From positions 146,579 to 210,578 of the forward strand of contig CAVPBK010000001.1 of assembly GCA_963701855.1 (NCBI GenBank): DNA of 64,000 bases, given 5' to 3'. Made by a program: the position numbers and the translations under genes. The notes beneath the pieces are model-generated. The model did not search any database and had not been told where the DNA came from. It saw nothing but the letters and a program-made list of their open reading frames with translations. Below, piece after piece: positions 50,339 to 63,864 of the stretch. Each line of letters opens with the position of its first letter. Position 1 is the first letter of the stretch. This DNA is from Nitrospirota bacterium (GTDB taxonomy: Bacteria; Nitrospirota; Nitrospiria; Nitrospirales; Nitrospiraceae).

Positions 50339-50605
50339 CTAGCAGGCTGCGAAGAAGGCAACCACATTTTCGATATCCTGATCGGATAGGACGCTTTCCC
50401 ATCTTTCCATTGTACTGTTGACCCGTCCCTTATGCGCCGTGCGAATAAGCTGGGGCGCGAGTTGCGTATACACCTTCGCCGACGTGAGATCCGCAACCGG
50501 CGGATTGAACGTCGTATAGCCATCGCCCTTTCGGTCGGCCCATAGCAACCGGCACAGTCTTGTTTGAAAGCCACCTGCCCCGAGTTGGGAGCGTGAGCCG
50601 CGCTT
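50339..50605 (-). pseudogene. degenerate cytochrome c (paralog of 34277..34657)
   Basis: CAGCY in place of CxxCH, a frameshift, then KGDG..PPVADLT..STMERW..LSDQDI. Confidence 0.65.
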
Positions 50606-50607
50606 GG

Positions 50608-50684
50608 GACGTCGGCCACTTTGTGAGGTTGAGCTCTTTCCTCGCCGGCACAAGAAAATCATTGGAATTGATTTTCATCTTCAT
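50608..50684 (-). pseudogene. 5' remnant resembling a PPK2-family phosphotransferase N-terminus
   Basis: MKINSNDFLVPARKELNLTKWPT directly after atpG, then runs into the cytochrome remnant. Confidence 0.45.
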
Positions 50685-50697
50685 GATTTGACCCTGC

Positions 50698-51609
50698 TCA
50701 ATCCCTCGCGCTCCGAGGCGCCTTCCCTTTTGAAAGCGCCTCGAAGCCTGAAATGACGTCGAACAGTTCCTCGTCGATGCCGCTCTGGCGCAAACGATGG
50801 AATGTCCCGTTGAGGTGCTCCAGCAATTCGTCGATGTTTTTGTCGGCGCGTTGCATCGCCGCCAGGCGGCTCGCATTCTCGCTTGCGAGGGATTCGGCGC
50901 AGGCCCTGAAGAGGGAGACGAAAAGGTATTCGTGGATGAGCCCCCGCAAGGTCGCGATGCCGCTACCCATGACCTCGGGCAAGTTTCCCGTCGGCCAGGG
51001 AAGTTCAGCCAGTCTGCGTCGCCAGGTCTCGTCCAGCGGTAGCAGTCGTTGACTGACGGGCGCATACAGCGCCCCGGCGGTAGGGCGGTTATAGAAGAGG
51101 TGGAGTTCGGCAACCTCACCACGGCTGTGGCGGGTCTCGCTTTCGACGAGAATCTGCCCGACGAGTGGAGTGATGGCCTTGACGGAGTTCGGCACAGCGA
51201 AGAGTCCAGTCAGCGGCAACCCCGAGTCCAACAGACGGCCGTGCACGCGGTCACCGACCGCCCAAATCTGATGTTTGCCGGGAAGAGCGGCCAGGGCTTT
51301 CACCGCAAAATCAGCCACCACATCATTGAACTGGCCCACCAGCCCTTGATCGGAACCGAATACGACTGCACCGACGGAGGCCTTATCGGTGCGGCCGTTA
51401 CCTTCTGGAAACAGCGCTGTTGGCTCGCTTTCCCGGAGACAAATGCTCAACCCCAGTTCTACAGTTCGGTAGTAGTCGGCCAATGCGCGCACTGATTGCT
51501 CATATTGGACGATACTCGAAGCGGCCAAGGCTTTCATTGTGCGAACGACGGACTGGAGATCGCCGGCACTGCTGATCTTTTTCCGTAGACTCGTCGTCGT
51601 ATCGCTCAT
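50698..51609 (-). CDS. atpG: N-ATPase gamma subunit
   Basis: [34 protein letters not shown]. Confidence 0.93.
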   Translation of the reverse strand: MSDTTTSLRKKISSAGDLQSVVRTMKALAASSIVQYEQSVRALADYYRTVELGLSICLRESEPTALFPEGNGRTDKASVGAVVFGSDQGLVGQFNDVVADFAVKALAALPGKHQIWAVGDRVHGRLLDSGLPLTGLFAVPNSVKAITPLVGQILVESETRHSRGEVAELHLFYNRPTAGALYAPVSQRLLPLDETWRRRLAELPWPTGNLPEVMGSGIATLRGLIHEYLFVSLFRACAESLASENASRLAAMQRADKNIDELLEHLNGTFHRLRQSGIDEELFDVISGFEALSKGKAPRSARD

Positions 51610-53249
51610 GACTTTTCCTCGGCCTCTGCCTTTGAGTTCGGTGTAGCCGCGGGATCGGGCTTCGGTTTGATGTCCGCATCAGGCGTAGGTCCGCCTTTGG
51701 ATCCGGGGGTTGATCCTGCCTTAGGCTGGAAACGGACGAGCGAGCGGCGGGCGATTTCGATGATTGTTGTGCGATCCTGATCGCTCAACTTATCGGCGGT
51801 TTCGAATCGCACACACACCTCCGCCGGGATGTTCGCCGCCGCCTGGCGCAAAACGCGTTCAGCGGCCGCCATCTGGTCAAGCGGTACGCGGTCGAAGAGT
51901 TTCTCGGTCAACGCCAGCAACACAGCGATTTGTGCGGCCACAGACACCGGCGCGAATTCCGGCTGCTTGAGGCAGGCACGAATTCGCCGCCCATGGTCGA
52001 TGATCTTGCGTGTGTTTTCATCCAGCCTGGCGCCGAACCTGGCAAAGGTTTCGAGCTCTTCGAACTGCGCGTAGGCGAGCTTGAGATCGCCCGCCACGGC
52101 ACGGTAAGCCGCGCGTTGCGCCTTGCCGCCGACGCGCGAGACAGATTTGCCCACATCGACCGCGGGCAGCACGCCTAATTCAAATAACGACGGCGAGAGG
52201 TAAATCTGCCCGTCCGTGATGGAAATGAGGTTGGTCGGAATGTAGGCGGAAATGTCCTGCGCTTCAGTTTCGATAATAGGCAGCGCGGTCAGCGATCCAC
52301 CACCGAGTTCCTGGTGCAGGTGCGTTGCGCGTTCCAGCAGCCGCGCGTGAAGGTAGAAGATGTCGCCGGGAAACGCTTCGCGGCCGGGCGGGCGACGCAG
52401 CAGCAAAGACAATTCGCGATAGGCGCGCGCATGATGCGTAAGGTCGTCGTATACAACCAGCACGTCGCGGCCTTGCGCCATGAAATGCTCCGCGATGCTG
52501 GTCGCGGCGTATGGAGCGACATAGGCGAGGCCGGGTGGATCGTTGCCTTCGGTTACGACCACAATGGTGTAATCCATCGCGCCCTTTTCCCGCAGAGCAG
52601 CGATCACTTTGGCCACGCCGGACGCGCGCTGGCCAATGGCGCAATACACGCAGAGCACATTCTGGTCGCGTTGATTGAGAATCGTATCGAGCGCGATCGT
52701 GGTCTTGCCGGTCTGTCGGTCGCCAACGATCAGTTCACGCTGGCCGCGCCCGATGGGGATGAGCGCATCGATGACCTTGATACCGGTTTGCAACGGTATG
52801 GTAACGGGAGCGCGGTCCATGATGTGCGGTGCCGTTCGTTCGATAGGTAAACGCCCGCTGGTAACCACCGGGCCATTGCCGTCCAGAGGCCGGCCCAATG
52901 GATTGATAATGCGTCCGATCAATGCGTTTCCTACCGGCACATCCATCACGTGCCCCCTGCGTTCGACTTCATCGCCCGCATGCAACTGCCAGTAGTCGCC
53001 CAGCAGAACCACGCCGATTTCGTCTTCATCGACGTTGAATGCGATGCCATACACATCTCCGGCAAACCTCAGCACCTCCTCAAAACCCACGCCGGGGAGA
53101 CCGGAGACTTTTGCGATGCCTGTGGCGATGCTGGTGATCGTGCCCACCTCCCGCGGCTCAAGTTGTGGCGTAAACGCTTCCCGTGCGTGGCGCAATCCCG
53201 CGAATGTACTGTCGAACACCTGCTGCAGGCTTTTAGGATCCGTGTTCAT
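51606..53249 (-). CDS. atpA: N-ATPase alpha subunit
   Basis: [20 protein letters not shown]. Confidence 0.96.
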   Translation of the reverse strand: MNTDPKSLQQVFDSTFAGLRHAREAFTPQLEPREVGTITSIATGIAKVSGLPGVGFEEVLRFAGDVYGIAFNVDEDEIGVVLLGDYWQLHAGDEVERRGHVMDVPVGNALIGRIINPLGRPLDGNGPVVTSGRLPIERTAPHIMDRAPVTIPLQTGIKVIDALIPIGRGQRELIVGDRQTGKTTIALDTILNQRDQNVLCVYCAIGQRASGVAKVIAALREKGAMDYTIVVVTEGNDPPGLAYVAPYAATSIAEHFMAQGRDVLVVYDDLTHHARAYRELSLLLRRPPGREAFPGDIFYLHARLLERATHLHQELGGGSLTALPIIETEAQDISAYIPTNLISITDGQIYLSPSLFELGVLPAVDVGKSVSRVGGKAQRAAYRAVAGDLKLAYAQFEELETFARFGARLDENTRKIIDHGRRIRACLKQPEFAPVSVAAQIAVLLALTEKLFDRVPLDQMAAAERVLRQAAANIPAEVCVRFETADKLSDQDRTTIIEIARRSLVRFQPKAGSTPGSKGGPTPDADIKPKPDPAATPNSKAEAEEKS

Positions 53250-54067
53250 TGGCTCTTTGTTTCGCCCTTAGGCTCCTCCGGTTTGGGCGTGGCTTTAGCT
53301 TCAGGATTGTCCTTCCCTTTCAGCAGTTCGTCGACGCCCTTTTCGAGGGACGCGAGGTAATCCGCGATGCTCCAAGCCAGCTTTTCTCCATTCGTGGTGA
53401 GTTCGATTCCACTGATCAAGTCCGGCGCGGTCTCGAATCGGACGTGGATTTCGGCCGAGAATGTTTCGTTGAGCGCCCGTTGTATCACCGCTTGTTGCTC
53501 CGCAGGCAGGTCAAACGCGCTGCGCACGAGCGCGGGATTAGGGGCTGTCTTGAGCGCCGCGGCGAGACCTGCTTTCGCCCTGTCGTCCATCTCCCGCAAC
53601 CGGCGAGTGAACACGTCACCCAACCGTTCTTCCAGACTCGTCGTGGCAAGATCCGTCAGCGTCTTTCGCGCGACGGCAAACACTTCTTGCTGGGTCCGTC
53701 GACTGATGGCGTGATTGAGGTTATGGGCCTCGATTCTCAGCGTTTCCTGTCGTTTGGCACTCATCGCATCGGCCGCCTGCCGCGCTTCGTCGAGGAGCCG
53801 CTGACGTTCGGCTTTCGCCTCGTCCGTCGCCTGGCTGAAGAGTGCAGCACGCTGCCGGTCGAACTCCTCGTTCTTATGCTGGAACTCGTTGCGCTCCTTT
53901 ATGGCTTCGGCCTTTTTCGCGTCCGCGTCCGCGAGTTCCGCGGCGATCCGCTTCTCCCGCGCGTCGATAGCGTTGAGAATGGGCCGATACAGGAAGCGCT
54001 TCAACAACCACACCAGAATGAGGAAGTTGACGACTTGCGCACTGACGGTAAACCAGTCGATCAGCAC
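53246..54067 (-). CDS. atpF: N-ATPase b subunit with fused delta-like C-terminus
   Basis: [30 protein letters not shown], coiled coil, DLISGIEL. Confidence 0.93.
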   Translation of the reverse strand: MLIDWFTVSAQVVNFLILVWLLKRFLYRPILNAIDAREKRIAAELADADAKKAEAIKERNEFQHKNEEFDRQRAALFSQATDEAKAERQRLLDEARQAADAMSAKRQETLRIEAHNLNHAISRRTQQEVFAVARKTLTDLATTSLEERLGDVFTRRLREMDDRAKAGLAAALKTAPNPALVRSAFDLPAEQQAVIQRALNETFSAEIHVRFETAPDLISGIELTTNGEKLAWSIADYLASLEKGVDELLKGKDNPEAKATPKPEEPKGETKSQ

Positions 54068-54070
54068 GTT

Positions 54071-54352
54071 TTACTTTCCTGCCGCAATGGCAATCACGTG
54101 GTTCCAAAACGGGTTGGCAAACAGGAGAATCATCGAGACCACGAAGCAATAAATCGCAATGGACTCGATCATTGCCAGGCCGACGAACAAGGTGCGTGTG
54201 ATCGTCGTTGCGGCATCGGGTTGCTGCGCCAGCGAACTTAATGCCGTGGCGACGGCACGCCCTTCGCCGAGCGCAGGCCCGATACTCCCCAGGGCGATCG
54301 TGATGCCGGCGGTGACGATTGAGGCGATTGCGATGAGCGTCATGCTATCCAT
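54071..54352 (-). CDS. atpE: N-ATPase c subunit
   Basis: GPALGEG, QQPD, LAMIESIAIY, ANPFW. Confidence 0.95.
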   Translation of the reverse strand: MDSMTLIAIASIVTAGITIALGSIGPALGEGRAVATALSSLAQQPDAATTITRTLFVGLAMIESIAIYCFVVSMILLFANPFWNHVIAIAAGK

Positions 54353-54383
54353 AGTGTGTCCTTTCATGGTTGGCGTAGTGGTT

Positions 54384-55079
54384 TCAGCCCTCAGGTTCGA
54401 GCCCTGGTTCCGGCTTGCGCGCACGCGTGGCGGCCGCGATATACACCGTGGCCAAGATGCTAAAAATATAAGCTTGCACCATACCGGTCAGCAGTCCGAG
54501 CGCACTCATGGCGATTGGAAAGATGAAGGGCGTGATGGTCACCAGAATGGCGAGGATCATCGTCCCGCTCATCATATTACCGAACAGACGGACAGCCAGG
54601 GCCAAGGTGCGCGAGAGTTCGCTGATGATGTTGAACGGCAACATGATAAACGTCGGTTTCAAGTATTCTCTGAGATATCCGCCCAGCCCGCGATCACCGA
54701 TGCCGAATAGCGGCACAGCCACAAACACACAAATCGCCAGTGCTGCGGTGGTGGAGAGTGAACCGGTCGGCGGCTCATAGCCGGGAACGATGGTGAAGAG
54801 GCTCGCGATTGCGACAAACAGGAACAAGGTGCCCAGAAATCCTAGATATTTCTCCGGCTGCCGCAGGCCGACCTCTGCGATTTGCTCTTTGATGGCGGTG
54901 ACGACCATTTCCAGGAGATTCTGCCAGCGAGAACGTTGCAGACCCGTGGAAAGTTTGCGCGTCACGAGTATTGATCCGGCCACCAGCACGAACATCAGGC
55001 CCCACGTGAATGCGATGGTGCCGTTGATCTTGAGAAACCCCTGTTGCCAGAAAATGATGTCGTCTGGGCTAAGGTGCAT
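54384..55079 (-). CDS. atpB: N-ATPase a subunit
   Basis: PPTGSLST, LALAVRLFGN, QAYIFSILA. Confidence 0.95.
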   Translation of the reverse strand: MHLSPDDIIFWQQGFLKINGTIAFTWGLMFVLVAGSILVTRKLSTGLQRSRWQNLLEMVVTAIKEQIAEVGLRQPEKYLGFLGTLFLFVAIASLFTIVPGYEPPTGSLSTTAALAICVFVAVPLFGIGDRGLGGYLREYLKPTFIMLPFNIISELSRTLALAVRLFGNMMSGTMILAILVTITPFIFPIAMSALGLLTGMVQAYIFSILATVYIAAATRARKPEPGLEPEG

Positions 55080-55383
55080 GACTCCCCTCCAGCGCCCGGG
55101 GAGGGTGGTTTTCTCCCGTCGGCTGCATCAGCCACGTCCCGACGAGACGGGCCATGACAAATCCAAGGAGACACAGCAGCAGCTGCTCCCAATGACCGCC
55201 CGAGACAAAATAAAATCCAGCCAGGGCAACGCCCATTCGGAGCAGCAGGCTGCCGAGAAACCAACGCGCCACCCGGTCGGACGAAAGGCCCTGACGCACC
55301 GTCCACCAAAGACCGCCGAGAAACATCGCTCCGAGCAACACGCCCATGACCAAGGCGGATGCCAGACTCAACGGTTCATTCAT
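55069..55383 (-). CDS. atpR: N-ATPase AtpR subunit
   Basis: FLGGLWWTVR..SLLLR..GFVMAR; position between atpQ and atpB. Confidence 0.88.
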   Translation of the reverse strand: MNEPLSLASALVMGVLLGAMFLGGLWWTVRQGLSSDRVARWFLGSLLLRMGVALAGFYFVSGGHWEQLLLCLLGFVMARLVGTWLMQPTGENHPPRALEGSHAP

Positions 55384-55706
55384 GGCTATTCTCCTCTTGC
55401 TCGCGTATTTCCCTCTGTTCCTTGGCCACCCAATGCCACGCAGTCACGCAACCGAGGCCCAAGCCGATTGCCAATAGCATAAGTGTCCAGGAATGGCTCC
55501 ACGGGTGATGCTTGTCTAGCCAAATTCCGAGTGCCGCGCCGAGCAGCGTCGGCACCGCCACCGACCAGCCCACCATGCCCATCATGCCCAAGCCGGACCA
55601 GACGACTTTCGTGGCATGACGTTGCGCCTTGAGCTTGCGCGCTGCCTTCACACCGACCTGATGGCTGAATTCCGTCGCGCCCGCCCCAGATTTTTCTTCA
55701 GGCTCT

Positions 55707-55714
<8 letters not shown>
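55376..55714 (-). CDS. atpQ: N-ATPase AtpQ (AtpZ/AtpI-like)
   Basis: GLGMMGMVGWSVAVPTLLGAALGIWLD. Confidence 0.88.
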
Positions 55715-57765
<2,051 letters not shown>

Positions 57766-57842
57766 CTACTGCCCTCTGCACCTGTCCCATGCCTATCGAG
57801 ACAGGCGGAACTCACCAATCCGACGAAAACCATGGCGGCCTG

Positions 57843-57912
57843 CTAGCCCGCATTATTCATGAAGCGTCTGCTGAAAGCGCAGATACGCGGCTGTGACGGG
57901 CAGCCTCGCCGC
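57843..57912. repeat. partial MITE of the 14.8-kb family at the ackA/xfp junction
   Basis: CTAGCCCGCATTATTCATGAAGCG..CGCGGCTGTGACG matches the inverted right end of 14761-14951. Confidence 0.65.
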
Positions 57913-58050
57913 AAATCCGATTTCTTCTACGAACCCTTCATAACGATTGCTCATGGTGAAGCATGCGGCGGTCTTCGGAGATTCGTCGAACTCAAGGATC
58001 TTGACCTTCAGGGAGAAGCTTCCGCTATTGACCGCCAATACCTTCATCAT
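57905..58050 (-). pseudogene. ackA: 5' remnant of acetate kinase
   Basis: [25 protein letters not shown]-coupled to the P-type ATPase, cut at the repeat. Confidence 0.75.
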
Positions 58051-60869
58051 CGTCGTAGCACCTTTATCAGTTCCATCAGGAGAAATGGAAGAAGGCCCGT
58101 GGCTCCCATCAATACCCAATCTTCGATCGGCAACGGGGCGATCTTGAAGATCGGCGCGGCGGCTGGGACGGTGAGCACGGCAACCTGAATCCCGAGAGAG
58201 ATCGAGAAGGCCAAGAGAAGCGGACGATTGGTCCACAGCCCAACTTGAAACAGAGACAAGCGTTCACTTCGGCAGTTGAACGCTTGCACCAATTGCGCGA
58301 TGACCATCACGGTAAATGCGACGGTTCTCGCTTGCTCAACCTCTTGATGGAGACCGTACAGGCTATAGGCGAATACTCCCAACGCGATCGCGCCCAGCAT
58401 GACCCCCTGCGCCCCGATAGCCAGGAGTGTGCCGCCGTCCAACAACCTGGCCTCCGGCCGTCTGGGCGGCTGCTTCATCAGATCAGGCGACTTGGGATCC
58501 ACTGCCAGCGCCAAGGCCGGAAATCCGTCCGTCACCAGATTCATCCACAGAATTTGAATCGGCAACAGGGGCAACGGAAGCCCGATCAACGTCGCAAACA
58601 ACATGACCAGCACCTCGCTGACATTGCACGACAGGAGAAAATAGATGGTCTTGCGGATGTTGTCGAAAATGCCGCGACCTTCTTCCACGGCCGCGGCGAT
58701 TGAGGCGAAATTGTCGTCCGTCACCACCATGTCGGCGGCCTCTTTCGTTACATCGGTTCCGGTTATCCCCATAGCCACCCCGATGTCCGCCGCTTTGACT
58801 GCGGGCGCGTCGTTCACGCCGTCGCCCGTCATGGCCACGATGGCTCCCCGCGACTTCCAGGCTTTGACGATACGCAGCTTGTGCTCCGCCGAGACTCTCG
58901 CATAGACGGCCACGCTGTCCACGATCCGGACCAGTTCATCGTCTGACAGTCGATCGAGTTCCACCCCCGACAACGCCTGGATCGGGCCCTTCACCCCGTT
59001 CAGTTCTTCTGCAATCGCCACGGCCGTATCCTTGTGATCTCCCGTAATCATAACCGTCTGAATGCCGGCATCGTGACAGGCCTGAACGGCGGCTTTTGCC
59101 TCAGGCCGCAGCGGGTCTTTCATGGCCGCAAGCCCGAGAAAGGCCAGTTGGTCCTCCAACTCTTGCGCCCGATAGGCGTCAGGCTCGCGATCCAATCGCC
59201 GACGGGCCATTGCCAGCACGCGCAATGCCTGATGGGCGAATGATGCATTCGCGTCGAGGATGGCAGCGCGAATCGATTCCGTGATCGGTTCGATCGTGCC
59301 GTCCATGGCTAGCCGATGCGTACAGTGCTGTAACAACACATCCGGCGCGCCTTTGACGTATGCGACCGGTCCGTCCGGTGTCCGACGTACGATCGTCATC
59401 ATCTTGCGCTCCGGATCGAACGGCACCTCTCCGAGAAAGTGATAGGCCAAATCGAGTTTCTCGATCGTGAGAGCTGCCTTCGCCGCCACCACGAGCAAGG
59501 CGCCTTCCGTCGGATCGCCTAGAATGCGCCACGTTCCCTCGTCCCTCCGCAGTATGGCACCGTTGCAGAGCACTGCCGCCGTCAGCAGATCGCGCAAGGC
59601 CCCGCGCGAACCAGGCTCAGGTTGAGGTCGAGGGTGAGTCAGAACGGGTGACTCTTGGACGTCCTTAGCCTTAGCCTCAACCTCAACCGCCTCTACAATC
59701 TCCCCCACCGGCTCATACCCTTCTCCTGTAACGTCGAATACCGCGGCGCCGACGAACAATTTCGTGACCGTCATTTCGTTCTTGGTGAGGGTACCGGTCT
59801 TATCGGAGCAGATGACCGTGGCGGACCCGAGCGTTTCGACCGCGGGCAGTTTGCGGATCAGCGCATGCCGCTTCACCATGCGGGTCACGCCCAACGCCAG
59901 CGTGATGGTCACCACAGCGGGCAATCCTTCCGGAACGGCGGCCACCGCGAGACTCACCGCCGTCAACAGCATCAAAATTGCCGGCTCGCCGCGCAGATAA
60001 CCCAAGGCGAACACGACGGTCACGACCGCCAGCGCCAGCCACAACAGTGTGTAACCGAATTGTTCGAGCCGCCGTTGCAAGGGAGTCTCCGCCCGTTCTG
60101 CCTCTGAAGCTTTTTGGATCATCGCAGCGATCAGGCCCAACTCAGTACGTAAGGCAGTCGCCACGACAAGTGCCCGTGCTTTGCCTGATACCGCAACGGT
60201 GCCCATAAAGATCATGTTCATCCGATCGGCAAGCGGCACGTCGGTTGGGCCGAGCACATCGATACCCTTCTCCACCGGTGTCGATTCGCCGGTCAGAGAG
60301 GCCTCCTGCGTTTGAAAGTTCGTCGTGTAGATCAGCCTGGCATCGGCGGGAATGCGGTCGCCCGCTTCGAGGAGGATCAGGTCGCCGAGGACTAACTCCC
60401 GCGCGGGAATGGACCGGAGGATGCCGTCACGGAACACCCGAGCCGTCGCCATCGACATTTTCCGCAGCGCCGCCAAAGACCGCTCTGCCCGGAACTCCTG
60501 GACAAATCCAAGAACTCCGTTGAGCAACACAATGGCCAGGATGGCCGCCGCATCGAGCCAGTCTTCCAAGAGACCCGAGATGACCGCCGCCCCGATCAGC
60601 ACCCAGACAATGACGCTCGTGAACTGGGAGAGAAACAGCCTCAGGAGTGACGGTAGCGGAGCTTCGGGAAGTTCATTGGGGCCTTCCCGCTGAAGCCGTT
60701 GCCGGGCTTCGTGATCGGACAGGCCCCCATCGAAGCTCGTTTGGAGTTCCTTCGCCAGGGCATCCGGCGAACGTGAATACCACGTTCCAATGAAGGGCAA
60801 TGCAGACTCACTCTTTCCGTCCTGCACTTCACGAACGACGCTCCACGCGCAAGAGCGCTCATGAATCAT
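58047..60869 (-). CDS. P-type cation-transporting ATPase (type IIA-like)
   Basis: [35 protein letters not shown]; start uncertain. Confidence 0.95.
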   Translation of the reverse strand: MIHERSCAWSVVREVQDGKSESALPFIGTWYSRSPDALAKELQTSFDGGLSDHEARQRLQREGPNELPEAPLPSLLRLFLSQFTSVIVWVLIGAAVISGLLEDWLDAAAILAIVLLNGVLGFVQEFRAERSLAALRKMSMATARVFRDGILRSIPARELVLGDLILLEAGDRIPADARLIYTTNFQTQEASLTGESTPVEKGIDVLGPTDVPLADRMNMIFMGTVAVSGKARALVVATALRTELGLIAAMIQKASEAERAETPLQRRLEQFGYTLLWLALAVVTVVFALGYLRGEPAILMLLTAVSLAVAAVPEGLPAVVTITLALGVTRMVKRHALIRKLPAVETLGSATVICSDKTGTLTKNEMTVTKLFVGAAVFDVTGEGYEPVGEIVEAVEVEAKAKDVQESPVLTHPRPQPEPGSRGALRDLLTAAVLCNGAILRRDEGTWRILGDPTEGALLVVAAKAALTIEKLDLAYHFLGEVPFDPERKMMTIVRRTPDGPVAYVKGAPDVLLQHCTHRLAMDGTIEPITESIRAAILDANASFAHQALRVLAMARRRLDREPDAYRAQELEDQLAFLGLAAMKDPLRPEAKAAVQACHDAGIQTVMITGDHKDTAVAIAEELNGVKGPIQALSGVELDRLSDDELVRIVDSVAVYARVSAEHKLRIVKAWKSRGAIVAMTGDGVNDAPAVKAADIGVAMGITGTDVTKEAADMVVTDDNFASIAAAVEEGRGIFDNIRKTIYFLLSCNVSEVLVMLFATLIGLPLPLLPIQILWMNLVTDGFPALALAVDPKSPDLMKQPPRRPEARLLDGGTLLAIGAQGVMLGAIALGVFAYSLYGLHQEVEQARTVAFTVMVIAQLVQAFNCRSERLSLFQVGLWTNRPLLLAFSISLGIQVAVLTVPAAAPIFKIAPLPIEDWVLMGATGLLPFLLMELIKVLRR
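59613..59688. repeat. 6-nt-periodic hairpin repeat lying in frame inside the P-type ATPase
   Basis: AGGCTCAGGTTGAGGTCGAGG...CCTTAGCCTTAGCCTCAACCTCAACC, same family as the intergenic copies at 11553 and 63245. Confidence 0.7.
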
Positions 60870-60889
60870 GCGGGTTAGGGATTATGTGC

Positions 60890-61258
60890 TTACTTACGTT
60901 CCTGCTTCCGTTTATGTTTCATGTCATTCTCCGGCTTCTCTTCCTCCACGTCGATCACGGCTCCCGACTCCGCATCAATGTGAACCTCCATCACCTTGTT
61001 CTCTGCCGTGACGACTTCGACTTCCCACACGAGTGTGTCGTGTTTCTTCTCCAGTTCGGCCTCGACAACCTTGCCCGGCACCTTCTCCGAAGCTGTCTTG
61101 ATCGCCTCGTCGATCGTCACCTTGGCCTTAGCGGCCATTTCAACTGTCTCTTTCGATTCATCTTTCTTCCCCTTACCTTTCTGATCGCTCCACGCAGGAC
61201 CGTTCAACACCAACACGGCGCCGATCGCCACGGCCATTATCCCTACTAGCTGCTTCAT
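60890..61258 (-). CDS. PepSY-domain secreted protein
   Basis: signal peptide, VTIDEAIKTA..GKVVEAELE..WEVEV..VHIDAESGAV; AAGGAGG RBS. Confidence 0.9.
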   Translation of the reverse strand: MKQLVGIMAVAIGAVLVLNGPAWSDQKGKGKKDESKETVEMAAKAKVTIDEAIKTASEKVPGKVVEAELEKKHDTLVWEVEVVTAENKVMEVHIDAESGAVIDVEEEKPENDMKHKRKQERK

Positions 61259-61340
61259 ACGAACCTCCTTATATAGTGTGGTTGCGTACGACGCTTGCTC
61301 GTGATGACCACGGGCTCGCATGCGTCACATGCTTCGATTG

Positions 61341-61356
61341 TGCAAGACGTAGGCCT
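61341..61356 (-). promoter_or_regulatory. possible sigma54 promoter for the PepSY operon
   Basis: minus strand AGGCCTACGTCTTGCA, GG-N10-GC with TTGCA. Confidence 0.4.
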
Positions 61357-61485
61357 CTTGAAATCCTTCTATAAGCAGCGCAAAAGACCCCTCCTGACCC
61401 GTTTTGCAACAGAGCAGGCGGCTTCGGTGTGGAGTTTCGCATCAGATGGCGGCTGGTTTTTCGCTGCGCTTTAACCGACTCAACT

Positions 61486-63195
61486 TCACGCCTGACCCAA
61501 TCGGTAGGCATCATGGAGGTACTGGGAGACCATGCGTTGCGTATTGAAAAACGCTCCGTTCAATGCAATTACGTGCCGCATGATCTCGGCAAAACGTTCA
61601 TGCTCCCGATAAAAACAAGGCACAACCTTCTCTTCCAATTTTCTATAGAGTTCCACTGCGTGACAGCCATCCATCCCAGTCTGAGGTTCCAGACAAGCCT
61701 CCACCCGGTCGCCGATCGACCAGCCGGTCACACCTTCGAGGTGGCCCTCGATCCACCAGCCGTCGAGCACGCTCAGGCTAGGGATCCCGTTCATCGCAGC
61801 CTTCATCCCACTCGTCCCCGATGCCTCCATCGGCGGCAACGGTGTATTGAGCCACACATCGACGCCGGCACAGAGCATCTTGGCTACCTCCATGTCGTAA
61901 TTGGTCAGATACGACACCTGAATCACCCCTCGCAGCGCATCACGCATCTGATGGATATGCGTGATCAGGTCTTTACCATCGTGGTCGCGCGGGTGCGCCT
62001 TGCCGGAGAAGACGATCTGGATCGGCCCTGCCTCACGAGCAATATTTTTGAGCCGGTCGAGATCCTGAAAGATCAGACCGGCACGTTTGTAGGCCGCAAA
62101 TCGACGGGCGAATCCGATCGTCAACACATCGCGATCGAATCCCGCGTTCGATTCCCGATTCACATGCTCGACCAACGTGCGCTTGGCTTCCACATGGGCT
62201 GCCCAGATGTCCGAAGTGGGAATGCTCACGGCATAGCGCAGCGAAAGTTGATCGCGTCGCCAATCCGGCAGATGGGCATCGAAGAGCTTCTGAAAGGACG
62301 GAGCGGTCCACGTGACCGCGTGGACTCCGTTGGTAATGGAATGGATTGGGTAGCCGGGGAACATGCTGTGAGAGACCTCCCCATGCTTCATCGCAACCCC
62401 GTTCACATACCGGGAGCCCCGCAGAGCAAGTTGCGTAAGATTGAGCGTCTCCTCAACACCGCAAGCCTTCAGTATTGCCCACCAGCGATCACCTAGCACC
62501 TGACACGCGAGCTTTTCGGGAAATTTATCGTGCCCTGCCGGCACGGGAGTATGGGTCGTAAACACGCACTGTTCGCGAATGGTTTCGATAAGCTCGTTTG
62601 AAATCGAATCCGACTGGTTTTGCGAGGCCAGCTTCTCCTCTCCAAGGGCAAGGACAAGCAAGGCGGCGTGACCCTCATTCATGTGGAACCGACGGATGTC
62701 TGCATATCCGAGGGCCCTTAATAGTCGAAATCCTCCAACTCCCAGCACCATTTCCTGACACAAACGATACCGATCGTCTCCCCCGTAGAGCACATCCGTA
62801 AGCGTCCGGTCCCAAGGCTGGTTTTCACTTACATCGGTATCGAGCAGATACACCGGAACGACATGCCCGGACTCACCAGTTACTCGATAGCGCCAGGCCC
62901 TGACATGGACCGTGCGTCCTTCGATATCGACCGTGGTGCGCTCGTCGATCAATTCCGCGAAATCATTGAGCGGCCACGCGACGGGCTCCTCGCTTTGCTG
63001 ACCGTGCGCATCCAGCCGTTGAAAAAAGTACCCTCGACGGTGCAGCAAGGACACCGCCACCATCGGCACATCGAGATCCGCAGCTGAGCGAATCGTGTCG
63101 CCGGCGAGTACACCAAGCCCTCCCGCATAGGTCGGCATCCCGGACTCAAGACCGATCTCCATGGAAAAGTACGCGACGAGCGGCAGTTGCACCAT
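61486..63195 (-). CDS. glgP: alpha-glucan (glycogen/maltodextrin) phosphorylase, short form
   Basis: AYFSMEIG..GGLGVLAGD, HMNEGH, FARRFAAYKR, EASGTSGMKAAMNG (PLP Lys). Confidence 0.93.
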   Translation of the reverse strand: MVQLPLVAYFSMEIGLESGMPTYAGGLGVLAGDTIRSAADLDVPMVAVSLLHRRGYFFQRLDAHGQQSEEPVAWPLNDFAELIDERTTVDIEGRTVHVRAWRYRVTGESGHVVPVYLLDTDVSENQPWDRTLTDVLYGGDDRYRLCQEMVLGVGGFRLLRALGYADIRRFHMNEGHAALLVLALGEEKLASQNQSDSISNELIETIREQCVFTTHTPVPAGHDKFPEKLACQVLGDRWWAILKACGVEETLNLTQLALRGSRYVNGVAMKHGEVSHSMFPGYPIHSITNGVHAVTWTAPSFQKLFDAHLPDWRRDQLSLRYAVSIPTSDIWAAHVEAKRTLVEHVNRESNAGFDRDVLTIGFARRFAAYKRAGLIFQDLDRLKNIAREAGPIQIVFSGKAHPRDHDGKDLITHIHQMRDALRGVIQVSYLTNYDMEVAKMLCAGVDVWLNTPLPPMEASGTSGMKAAMNGIPSLSVLDGWWIEGHLEGVTGWSIGDRVEACLEPQTGMDGCHAVELYRKLEEKVVPCFYREHERFAEIMRHVIALNGAFFNTQRMVSQYLHDAYRLGQA

Positions 63196-63244
63196 TGATG
63201 GCCCTCTCAATGACCTCACTTCCGCAGGATAACCGCGTGAGATA

Positions 63245-63351
63245 GGCTGAGGTCGAGGTTGGGCGAAGGCCTGACCTTCTTCATCTTAGCCTCAATCTGA
63301 GCCTGAGCCTTAACCTTTTCCGCGCTGGCGGACTTGTTCAACATTCTGCTA
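63245..63351. repeat. 6-nt-periodic hairpin plus MITE-like end
   Basis: AGGCTGAGGTCGAGGTT...CTTAGCCTCAATCTGAGCCTGAGCCTTAACC then CTGGCGGACTTGTTCAACATTCTGCTA. Confidence 0.7.
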
Positions 63352-63828
63352 ACTCAACGTTGCATGAATCCAACCGCCCACATAATGCGTGATCGCGATC
63401 ACGCTGATGCCAATGACTAAATGCTCCGCAATGACTTTCCAAGCCGGGATCTGCTGGACCCGCGCCAAGAGATAACTTAGCACCGTGAGCAGAGAGAGAC
63501 CCCATCCCACGCTCACCGTCATGGCCGCCTCTAACGGCAACAGCAGCACCGGCACGACAAAGGTCAGAGCGATCAGGAACTTAGCCACAAAGGTAGCGAT
63601 GGTCGATTCCCAGATTTCCGACACGACCCCGTTATTCTTCGACTCCTCCGCAATGTGCATGCCTAAGGCATCCGACATGGCATCAGCAATCGCAATCGTC
63701 AGAATGCCGCCAATGACGACGGCTCGTGAGTGAGTACCTGAATGGAGTCCCACCATCAACCCCAATGTCGTAATCACGCCGGACGTGAGACCAAAACTCA
63801 GACCACTTTTTAACGATGCCTTCATCAA
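63349..63828 (-). CDS. VIT1/CCC1-like membrane protein
   Basis: FGLTSGVITTLGL, AIADAMSDALGMHIAEES, multiple TM helices. Confidence 0.8.
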   Translation of the reverse strand: MMKASLKSGLSFGLTSGVITTLGLMVGLHSGTHSRAVVIGGILTIAIADAMSDALGMHIAEESKNNGVVSEIWESTIATFVAKFLIALTFVVPVLLLPLEAAMTVSVGWGLSLLTVLSYLLARVQQIPAWKVIAEHLVIGISVIAITHYVGGWIHATLS

Positions 63829-63864
63829 CCTTTCATCGCTAATCCGCCACGCTTGCGCGTGAAG

